DNA of 64,000 bases from Mobula hypostoma (taxonomy: Eukaryota): contig NC_086108.1 in NCBI RefSeq assembly GCF_963921235.1, positions 35,404,001-35,468,000 on the forward strand, read 5' to 3'. Each line of letters starts with the position of its first letter. Positions within the stretch are counted from its first letter, which is position 1. Position numbers and translations under genes: made by a program. Positions 55,594-64,000 of this stretch are shown here, one piece after another. The notes under the pieces are model-generated. The model ran no database searches and had not been told where the DNA came from. It was given only the letters and a program-made list of their open reading frames with translations.

Positions 55594-55944
55594 ATTGGAA
55601 GTCTGTTTTGAGTGAAGAAGGTGCAAAGAAGAGTTAGTATTAAGTGTGAACAGTGTGTAGAGTAAGAGTCAAGCTCATGGAGGCCAAATGACATGTTTGA
55701 AGTGGAATTGACCCTTAAATTGGAAAGTTTTAATAAGTACAGCCTGTTCTATGAGTAAGCAACAAGAGTTGCATTATTGCTGGTATCATTGGGGCAGGTT
55801 TCACACAGTAACTATGATGCTAATTCTAGTTAATCTGGGATCATCTGTTCTGTGCTGCCATGAGACCCATAAGCAGTCACAATTTTGCTAATATCATTTT
55901 CAAGTGCATGCATTGTATCCTGCAGAATGAATTTCTAGGCCACA

Positions 55945-56040
55945 ACTGAAGATTGGCATCTCTGACCATGCAGTACTCCCTCAGTACTGCACCAGAGTGT
56001 CACCCTAGATATTGAGGTCAAGCCCTTCAATAAGGTCTCC
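55945..56040 (-). mobile_element. Deu-domain SINE relic (SacSINE1-like)
   Basis: ggcatctctgaccatgcagtactccctcagtactgcaccagagtgtcaccctagat resembles the reverse complement of the chondrichthyan Deu-SINE segment as recalled (GGCACCTCCGACAGTGCAGCACTCCCTCAGTACTGCACTGGAGTGTCAGCCTAGAT). Confidence 0.7.
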
Positions 56041-56712
56041 AAGCTTTTTCACTCAATAACTCAAAAAGCTTGACATTGTAGTTGGAGACCACCCACAAGC
56101 CCTCACTATATTTGAGATTGTGCACTACTCTGAACTTCCTCCCTGTCACCTCACAGATTATCTATCTAATAGGTTCCATATGAAACACATCCACCAATAT
56201 TGCCCCACTCTTGCCCCTTTTAGTGGGGTCCCCATTTCACGAAGCCCCTTCACAAGTTACCTAAGAGAACTGAGTCTGCCCTGTGACTGTGGCTGAGACA
56301 TTCCCATGCTGAAGAGCTCCTGGTTTGCAATTCATATCGTCACCTTTCTCTCAGGTTAGACTATCAAAATCCAGAGACTTTTCTTATACAACTGGTGGGT
56401 GTCATGGGATAGTTGCTGTGGCTGTAGTAGTAGTTAGTGGTGATATTCCTCCACCACCCAGTCAGCCACTCGCACATGGGAGGAGTTCACATACTGTGCA
56501 CGCAGTGCTATCAATAACGCTCAGTTGAATATTTTGCAAGGTTGGCGTTCGGGTGTCTCTGCACTCTCCCTCAATATTGAACGCAACAGTTGTGGGCTCT
56601 GAGTGCAAGTTGGCTGAAAAGGAGTGGAAGCAACAATGCTGTTATTTAAGCAACACACATCAAAGTTGCTGGTGAACGCAGCAGGCCAGGCAGCATCTCT
56701 AGGAAGAGGTGC

Positions 56713-56748
56713 AGTCGACGTTTCAGGCCGAGACCCTTTGTCAGGACT
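56713..56748 (-). ncRNA. Hammerhead ribozyme motif with a core mutation (CUGACAA)
   Basis: The reverse complement reads AGTC-CTGACAA-AGGGTCTCGGCCT-GAAAC-GTC-GACT, identical to the right-arm motif except G8>A. Confidence 0.65.
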
Positions 56749-57605
56749 AACTGAAGGAAGAGTGAGTAAGGGATTTGAAAGTTGGAGGGGGAGGGGGAGA
56801 TCCAAAATGATAGGAGAAGACAGGAGGGGGAAGGATGGAGCCGAGAGCTGGACAGGTGATTGGCAAAAGGGATACGAGAGGATCATGGGACAGGAGGTCC
56901 GGGAAGAAAAACAAGTGGGGCGGGGGGACCCAGAGGATGGGCAAGGGGTATATTCAGAGGGACAGAGGGAGAAAAAGGAGAGTGAGAGAAAGAATGTGTG
57001 TATAAAAATAAGTAACAGATGGGGTACGAGGGGGAGGTGGGGCATTAGCGGAAGTTAGAGAAGTCGATGTTCATGCCATCAGGTTGGAGGCTACCCAGAC
57101 GGAATATAAGGTGTTGTTCCTCCAACCTGAGTGTGACTTCATCTTTACAGTAGAGGATAGTCTGAGTCAAAGTGTGGTCGAAAAGTTGAAGAGCCGAAGA
57201 AAATCTACTGTAAAGATGAAGCCACACTCAGGTTGGAGGAACAACACCTTATATTCCGTCTGGGTAGCCTCCAACCTGATGGCATGAACATCGACTTCTC
57301 TAACTTCCACTAATGCCCCACCTCCCCCTCGTACCCCATCTGTTACTTATTTTTATACACACATTCTTTCTCTCACTCTCCTTTTTCTCCCTCTGTCCCT
57401 CTGAATATACCCCTTTCCCATCCTCTGGGTCCCCCCCCCTTGTCTTTCTTCCCGGACCTCCTGTCCCATGATCCTCTCATATCCCTTTTGCCAATCACCT
57501 GTCCAGCTCTTGGCTCCATCCCTCCCCCTCCTGTCTTCTCCTATCATTTTGGATCTCCCCCTCCCCCTCCAACTTTCAAATCCCTTACTCACTCTTCCTT
57601 CAGTT

Positions 57606-57641
57606 AGTCCTGACGAAGGGTCTCGGCCTGAAACGTCGACT
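57606..57641 (+). ncRNA. Minimal type I hammerhead ribozyme motif in the Penelope pLTR
   Basis: AGTC-CTGACGA-AGGGTCTCGGCCT-GAAAC-GTC-GACT. Conserved CUGANGA and GAAA boxes, a stem II hairpin, a GUC cleavage triplet, AGUC/GACU stem I and a palindromic ACGU in place of stem III. Confidence 0.75.
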
Positions 57642-58244
57642 GCACCTCTTCCTAGAGATGCTGCCTGGCCTGCTGCGTCCACCAGCAATTTTCATGTGTG
57701 TTGCTTGAATTTCCAGCATCTGCAGAATTCCTGTTGTTTGCGTTTAAATGCTGTTATTTAACCTTATTCCGTCTTGGGCCAACAATTGGCACACACAGTT
57801 TAGTACAAAAGGAGAAATCCATCTCTCTACACGTACATAATGCTTATCCTTCTAATCCTTACATCCTGGATGTTCCTTACTGTCCCAGCCCCAGCCTTTT
57901 CTTCAAATGGTGACTATCCCCCTTTAAAATGTGCAATAAAGGACAAGAATTTCGAAGGACATTGAATACTGAATTGATCAGTATCTCTATTTACCGATAC
58001 TTAACCACTCCCTAGCTGAATCCTTATGTATGCAAAGGATCCAATTAGTTCTGTTCTGTTAAGCATTATGATGAGGCATGCTATGAACAGGGGACGGACT
58101 TTGTTGTCTTTTTATGGAGTTGTGTGCCAACTGACAGAACAGTACAGGATCGAGTAAAAAAAACTCACTTAGCTACCTGATTGTCAGAAAATGAATAAAA
58201 AACTAGCTTGAACAATTATCTTGTTTGCTATGTGCTCTGTGATT

Positions 58245-58490
58245 CTGATGCTGAGATATTCTCACTAGTGGGAGAGTTACAAATCAGGGAACGTAGCTGA
58301 AAAATAAGGGGTCAGTTACTTAAAATTGAAGTGCATAGAAGTTTCATCTCCCTGAGCATAATGAAACCTTGGAATTCTTTATTACTTAGGGTGGTGGAGG
58401 CCAGATCATTAGTTATGCTTAAGATGAAGATTGATAAATATATGAAAGGTCAAGAAATTTAGGGTCCTGCTCCTATTTTCCTGCATTCTT
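58245..58490 (+). mobile_element. Old CR1 LINE 3' fragment
   Basis: gatattctcactagtgggagagttacaaatcaggg...aaaataaggggtcag...ttggaattcttt...ggtggtggaggcc...ttaagatgaagattgataaata...cctgctcctatttt, colinear with the 50,250-50,575 CR1 end. Confidence 0.7.
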
Positions 58491-58558
58491 ATAATCCAAC
58501 TGAAATTGAAACTTTGCCTAAATACTAACAGCATAGTCAGTGTGATTCTTTTTTTCAG

Positions 58559-58692
58559 TCCGCCTGGTGAAAAACTAGTGGGATTGATGATTCTATGTAT
58601 TGATGTGTCGCCAAAACTCCCTTAGCACAGTGACAATGCTTCAACAGGAGCTTCAACAGGGGAATTCTATCTGCGTTTCTAATATTTCTGTG
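58559..58692 (+). other. Candidate exon A of an unidentified spliced transcript
   Basis: Perfect branch point TACTAAC (58,523-58,529), acceptor ttctttttttcAG, donor TG|GTAAGG. There are stops in all three frames before an ATG at 58,636. Confidence 0.35.
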
Positions 58693-59021
58693 GTAAGGTC
58701 TCTTTCTCAACTGCACTGTCGATGTATTTCCAACAATTAAACAAGAAAGTCCAAGGCTTCTGTTTAATTTGTGGTTAGATCTGTCCTGTGTGACTGTAAA
58801 ACAACACCGGGGAACTTCGAGGTCATTGACTGGTTGACGTTTTGTGAAGTCTTGATCTAAACTGCTAGAGGTGGTACGTTAGCAACTATTGACTTCCTGT
58901 CTGTTGCTGGCCTTTAGCCAACACAGCAGAAAGATGCTGTGTGCAAGCAATTCTTGGCCATTGGGTTCTACTGAGCTAGCTCAATAAATGCATACCATTC
59001 TCTAATCTTTCTTTCACACAG

Positions 59022-59117
59022 GATATATGGTGAAGAACTGCTGACTTCCATCAGAATGATGAGAGAGATTTGCACCAGTATTCTTCATCTTCTGCATGTT
59101 TAGTCTATGCCCTACAG
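59022..59117 (+). other. Candidate exon B (96 nt)
   Basis: Acceptor tctCTAATctttctttcacacAG (branch-like CTAAT plus polypyrimidine tract) and donor CAG|GTACAG. It lies in non-repeat sequence and no frame is fully open. Confidence 0.4.
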
Positions 59118-59137
59118 GTACAGCTTGAAATAACAAA

Positions 59138-59297
59138 TAGGAATATCAGAAATAAAAGCAGGAGCAGTATAATCAGTTCTTCACACTTGTTCCACCATTC
59201 AGTGAGATAATGGCCCTCCTTTTTCCTGAATCACAATCTCTTCCGCTAATCCCAAATCTCTTGATTTACTCACTATCCAAAAAACTATTGATTTTTT
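59138..59297 (-). mobile_element. Old CR1 LINE tail, reverse orientation
   Basis: cagaaataaaagcaggagcag...cttgttccaccattcagtgagataatggc...tcttgatt...tatccaaaaaactattgat is a degenerate reverse complement of the CR1 3' end. Confidence 0.5.
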
Positions 59298-59765
59298 AAA
59301 TTGTTCCATGTGCCAAGGTACAGCAAAAAAACTTCGCTTTGCATGCCATCCAGGTGAATCATTTCAAATCATAAGAACGTCAGGGTACTATGAAGGGAAA
59401 GGCATTAACAGAGTGCAGAATATGGCGTTACAGTTACAGAGAGAGTGCAATAAGGCACGAGGGTCATGACAAGGTAGGTTGTGAGGTCAAGAGTTCATCT
59501 TTTTTGTAAGAGAAGTTTGTTCAGAAGTCTTATTATAACAGTGGGATAGAAGCTGGCCGAGCCTGGTGGTGTGTGTGTTTCAAGCTTTTGTATCGTCTGC
59601 CTAATAGAAGCAGCTCAGGGGGTGCGGGGGGGGGGGGTGGTTGATTATGTTAAATGTTTTCCTGAGGTAGCAGGATATGTAGATAGTGTCCATGGAGGGG
59701 AGACTGCCTTCCGTGATGGACTAAGCTGCCTCAACAACTCTCAGCAATTTCTTGCAATCTTGGTT
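59298..59765 (-). mobile_element. Rex/Babar-type LINE 3' fragment
   Basis: The minus strand encodes QDCKKLLRVVEAA*SITEGSLP, similar to the Rex1/Babar RT C-terminal region (.DRKKLQRVV..AQ.IT...LP), followed by a 3' region running toward 59,298. Confidence 0.7.
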
Positions 59766-60226
59766 AGAACTTTGACCCTGAGTATATTTGATGAGTAGGC
59801 CCGAGCAGTTAACTTGGGCAGGGAATTTCAAGTATTCGTTGCACACGTGGTGAAGAAGTATAAGATCAAAGGCACCATGGAATCTCAGGTGATAATCTGT
59901 GAGAACAAGCAAGGATTTTGGTTCAATGTCTGCCCTCCAGTGATGTAGCATCTTCTCAGTACCATGTTTGTCTGTCAGCCCAGATTTCATGTTCATCACA
60001 TGAAGTTTTACCTGTTTGTGGCAGAATGGCCAACCTTCAACTGAAGCTGTTGAGCAAATGTACACAAGAAAGGGCTTGGTAGCTGGTGCAGTTCAGGTCT
60101 TCAATTAGAGCTCCCTGCAGGCTCCAGGCCTTGTCACCGGTGAGACCCTAGTGTTACTGGCCGTCACTGTCACAGGCAGGTGGACAGATAGTAGTGTGAT
60201 GCCTTCTGCCTCTTTTCATTCCCTAG

Positions 60227-60266
60227 TTTTGGTCTTTTTCTGGATTACCGTACTGTCTTTCAGCAC
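60227..60266 (+). other. Candidate exon C (40 nt)
   Basis: Acceptor ccttctgcctcttttcattccctAG and a consensus donor CAC|GTGAGT. An alternative inner acceptor ctttcAG at 60,262-60,263 would give a 3-nt microexon. Confidence 0.4.
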
Positions 60267-61284
60267 GTGAGTGACAACTGACTTTTTAGGAGCCATGGAT
60301 CACGAGTGAGCGAACACAGTTGCTGTCTGCGAGCTAATAAACATGGAGCTAGAGACTGTCAGATTTAAGAGGACCGCCGAGTAACCTGGGAGCAAAGTCA
60401 AGCTGGCAATCAAATCAGGATTAGACGGTCTGGATTGGCAATGTGGTTCTTATTTGGAAGACATTGGCTCTTGTTTCTCTCTTTTTAAATAATACTTCCA
60501 TGACGTACAGCCCTTTGAAAAGTTGCACCTATGACTCTGACATGGATGGAGGCCATGGATCAAGTGTTGATAAGTGGGAGTATAGAGAGGTGTTGGATAG
60601 AAATATGATCCAAAGAGACTGTGTCACTACTGTGTATCTCCATGACTATCAACTTAAAGCCCTAGCGGTGTATCCTAGCCCAGCAGATGTTCATTGTGCA
60701 GTGTGAAGGACAGTGTCTCGATGCTGCCTGTGTTAGAGCGATAAGTTCACCTCACAAGTTACTGTAAGCTCCATAATATTACCTTTCATACAATCTGTTT
60801 GTGTCAGAGATCACCTCTAGTAGAGCTCTGAGGACCAGCAACAGTAATGTCATTAAATTAATGAAGGCTAACATTTGAAGAATTACTACATATTTTACAG
60901 CAAAGATATATGTACCTCTAGAAGGCATAGAAACCAAACTGCACAGGTGGGAAAGGTTTAACACATCATTGAAGAATGCTGTATGTGTATTGATTGGGAA
61001 AAAAAATCATAATTAATCCAAGGAGGAGCAAGAAAAGGAAAAGGGAAAATAGAATGTCGGGATAATTTAGAAACAGAAAAACTTTTTTTTCTATAAAACA
61101 CTGTATTTTGAAATGTAAAGCTTTATAAAAGTTAATGTGGCCACTCTTGGAGAGTATGAAAGGAAATTATATTGGGGAATAATGAGCTCTCAGAGAAATT
61201 AAACACAAATGGTGCAGTAAACCTAGAAATAGGCACATACAGCAAGTCTAGAGAGAATGGGGGGCTGAAATCAGTAAGTATTAG

Positions 61285-61835
61285 CTTCAAAAAGGTAATA
61301 TCATAATTTCAGAAAAGAGATAGAAACAGAGCGGGGGAATTGTACAGACCAGCTGGTCTGACATCAGTTAATAGATCTACCCATTTATGGAAGTTATAGA
61401 GAAGGCAACAAAGGTTCACCACAATGATTCCAGAAACTGGAGATAAAGAGGGTGCCTTGTGAGGAGACATTAAACAGATTGGGCCTGGACTCTGATTTTT
61501 TAAGAAGCCATCTAAAATCTTTAAAAAGACTCAACAGAGTAAATAAAGCGTTGATGTTTCCCTTGGCTGGGGGTTCTGGAAGCTGACATTATAGTCTCAT
61601 TATGAAGGATGGGTCATTCAGAACAGAGATGAGAAGAACTTTCTTTACTTGTGGGCAGTGAGCCATGGACGTGTCTGCTCAAGAGAGCTCTGGACGCTTA
61701 GTTGTTGTGTATATTCAAGGCAGGTGATGACGGACTATGGGATCAGTGTGGGAATGTGGAGCTGAGATAAAAGATCAGTAGTGATTTGACTGAATGGTGG
61801 GAGAGACCTGAGGGGCCAAATGGGTTACCCCTTTC
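61285..61835 (+). mobile_element. Old, internally deleted CR1 LINE fragment
   Basis: gggaattgtacagaccagctggtctgacatcagt (GNYRPVSLTS-like relic), then aaggttcaccacaatgattccag...gatgtttcccttggctggg...cattcagaacagagatgagaagaactttcttt...gaatggtgggagagacctgaggggccaaatgg (CR1 3' end). Confidence 0.7.
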
Positions 61836-62414
61836 ATATACATTCCAACTTAACAATTGAGCACAATTAGCCTTGCTATTATTCCTCACCTCAGTTTCCA
61901 GAATTGTCAGGTTTTTATTGCAAACCCTTGCTCATTATATAGTTTGAAGTTAGTGGAGGAAACTGCAAAGAGAAAATGCAGGTAATTTCAGAGTTAACTT
62001 GGAGTGATAATTTGACACAGATCTGAAACAGATCGCATGCCACTGTTGTACAGAAATCATTTGTTTTACACCCAAAATGGGAACAGGATCAATTCACTAG
62101 TTACTCAGTTTGGTAGTTCTCCCCTTTTCCTGGTAACAGAGCACATCTTTAGAGTCGTGGAGGGGGGCGTGTTCCCACTAATGTACGTAGGAGGTGACTG
62201 TTAACTGAAATAACCAAATTAGAATGTGGTCAAACCAACTATTCATAGCAAAGCTGCACTCCATGTGATAGCAATCATGCGTTGGATGAACAAATCATGC
62301 ACAAGGCAAGAATTTTGAAAATAACGGAACATGGGGCATACTTGAACATTGTAATTTAAATCAGTGGTCCCAAATAAATTCCATTCCACTCTAGGCATAT
62401 TCCCCTCTGTGACC

Positions 62415-62636
62415 AGAGACACAAGTGATACCGCAGATGCTGGAAATCTGGAGGAACGCACACAAAAGGCAAGAGGAACTCAATGCTTCGGGCAGTGCCT
62501 GTGGAGGAAAATGAGCAGTCGATATTTCGAGCGAGACCTTTCATCAGGATCTAACATCCTGAACTGGCAACTGTTCCGTTTTCTCCTTTGATGCTGCCTG
62601 GCCTACTGAGATCCTCCAGCGTTTTGTGCGTGCTCC
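62415..62636. mobile_element. Short foldback element made of two opposed Penelope pLTR ends
   Basis: The left part (gcagatgctggaaatctgga..acacaaaa..gaggaactca..ggcag) and the right part (gatgctgcctggcctactgagatcctccagcgttttgtgcgtgctcc) are imperfect reverse complements. A minus-strand hammerhead-like motif CTGATGA...GAAATATCGACT lies at ~62,517-62,550. Confidence 0.7.
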
Positions 62637-62727
62637 CTCCACGACCTCCAACTAAACCTGCTAACACCGACTTTCCGAGATCCAAGTCTGTTCTCAGTAG
62701 ATCCACTGTTTCAATAATTCAATGAAT

Positions 62728-63008
62728 CTTTTACCAGTCTGTTGTAGTGAGTACAGTCTTCTTTGCGGCTTTGTGTTGGGCAAGCGGCATCAGTGCTGGT
62801 GATGCAAGAAGGCTAAATGAACTCATCGAAAAGGCTGCATCTATCCTTGGCTACAATCCTGACTCTGTTTTATTATTGTGTATATTATTATTCTGCACTT
62901 TATTATTAGTTAATTCTGTACACTGCTAAGTGTGTTTTTAAATGTTGTTGCTGCAAGAAAAGAATTTCACACTCAGGATCAATAAAGTACTTCTTCTTAT
63001 TATTATTA
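62728..63008 (+). mobile_element. Rex/Babar-type LINE 3' fragment, internally deleted
   Basis: FYQSVVVSTVFFAALCWASGISAGDARRLNELIEKAASILG matches the Rex1-type RT C-terminus (FYQSVV.S..FFA..CWG..I...DA.RLN.LI.KA.S.LG). The tail is gaatttcacactcaggatcaataaagtacttcttcttattattatta. Confidence 0.8.
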
Positions 63009-63014
63009 GTAAGA

Positions 63015-63135
63015 ACTGGTCCTGAAGAAGGGTCACGGCCTGAAATGTTGACTGTTTATTCATTTCCATTGAGTTCCTCCAACATGTTGTGTGTTTTGCT
63101 TTGGACGTCAGGCATCTGCACACTTTCTGGTGCTT
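63015..63135 (+). mobile_element. Penelope pLTR fragment with hammerhead-like motif
   Basis: ggtc-ctgaaga-agggtcacggcct-gaaat-gtt-gact (63,018-63,053), then gagttcctccaacatgttgtgtgttttgctt...gcatctgca. Confidence 0.75.
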
Positions 63136-63499
63136 ATGTTACTGTTCAAGAGGCCTTGTTGCACACTGTCTTTTCAACCTCGTTTCAGAGCTGGACCGCA
63201 AAATGTTCTGTATTAGGAATCAAGGGCACTGGTATTGACACACTCTCCCTCGGATCTGTCATTATCTTCTCAAGATAGATTCTGTGCATGGTTAAATAAT
63301 GTAAGGATAAAGTTAATTATGTAAAAACATAATTTTTAATGTCACATTGTTTTAATCTCAGATTAAACTGCTGTACTAGACACCTATTTGACAATACGAC
63401 ATTCAGAAGAACCACAACTGAAACTCCCACCCGATGTCTGCTTCCTGTCTCCTCTTTCACCTGGAGTCTGCAAAATGTACTGCTGAAATTATTGAGCCA

Positions 63500-64000
63500 T
63501 CAACAGGTAAAGAGAGGCACAGCCCGCGGACAAAAGTTTTGCATTAAGCCTCTGGCTCAGCCGAGGCGGTATATTGCTCCAACTAAATGCTGCGGACTTC
63601 AAAAGACAATGCAAGGAATGGACCGCTTTATTTATACAGATGGTTATCAAAATGCAATTTCGCATTTCATCTGGTCTGTAGGGTATTTTTAACTGCTGAC
63701 GTCAAACACTTAGCATCTAAATGCAGTCACAATTAAATGTAACTTCGCGGAGGCCGCAGGAACCGGTGGGAGGGTCCCAGCTCTCCACAGCCAATTAGCT
63801 TTCACGAAGTCGGCTCGAACTCGGCTTCTTAACCTGTTCCCAGCAAAGCGGGTGAAACATTCTCAACCTGTGCGGTGGTGAGCGTTTGGTGCTAGCCGAA
63901 CCTCATCCTCGGTCGTGGGACTATGCAGACTGTGCTCTATCTGTTCCCGCAGTTAAACCTGTCAGCTCCAAAGGAGGAACCTTACAGGATTATCAAACCA
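63500..64000. promoter_or_regulatory. Candidate promoter or CpG-island edge
   Basis: Visible rise in CpG relative to the preceding 10 kb. A full palindromic CRE (TGACGTCA) lies at 63,697-63,704 and an NF-Y-like AGCCAATTAG has its CCAAT at 63,791-63,795. No recognisable repeat. Confidence 0.4.

Larger units (their letters stand above)
56650..57746. mobile_element. Palindromic (inverted-arm) Penelope-like insertion with 15-bp target-site duplication
   Basis: The left arm (56,648-57,154) is the reverse complement of the right arm (57,204-57,706), with about 11 substitutions and one small indel by eye. The spacer is 49 nt and the right arm extends ~40 nt further. Both arms encode the GIY-YIG C-terminus (YCKDE.TLRLEEQHLIFRLGSLQPDGMNIDFSNF). 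The direct repeat AATGCTGTTATTTAA flanks the unit at 56,635-56,649 and 57,747-57,761. Confidence 0.93.

Noticed and set aside
54943..55637. 222-aa and 136-aa ORFs as host genes
   Set aside because: They lie over a decayed Penelope fragment and its low-complexity pyrimidine-rich tail.
56521..57761. Mirror-image ORFs of 97-174 aa as genes
   Set aside because: They are incidental translations of the two arms of the Penelope inverted repeat. Only the short GIY-YIG C-terminal stretch is genuine coding relic.
59617..59640. G-quadruplex-forming G run as a functional element
   Set aside because: It is a homopolymer expansion inside a decayed LINE fragment, and such runs are prone to sequencing error.
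63339..63692. 117-aa ATG-initiated ORF
   Set aside because: No recognisable domain or splice context, and the length is compatible with chance.

Overview
This is eukaryotic, repeat-dominated DNA. The interspersed repeat families (CR1-type LINE ends, V-domain SINEs, Deu-domain SINE relics, Penelope-like elements) point to a cartilaginous fish, probably a ray; that is an inference. Bases 1 to ~49,310 are one head-to-tail 42-bp satellite array (consensus CAGTACAATACAGTGCTCACCATCAGCCTACCGTCCTCCCTT, roughly 1,170 monomers). It has a homogeneous core, patchwork higher-order duplications, regionally restricted variant monomers and diverged edges. The long '+' ORFs across it are artefacts of a stop-free repeat unit. 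The remaining ~14.7 kb is a mosaic of retroelement fragments. The most striking structure there is a ~1.1-kb palindromic Penelope-like insertion (56,650-57,746) flanked by a 15-bp target-site duplication. Each arm carries a minimal hammerhead-ribozyme motif, one intact and one with a core mutation. There are also three candidate + strand exons of an unidentified transcript (58.5-60.3 kb) and a CpG-richer, CRE/CCAAT-containing candidate promoter at the right edge. No complete host protein-coding gene could be identified. Repeat family names come from pattern recognition, not database searches.
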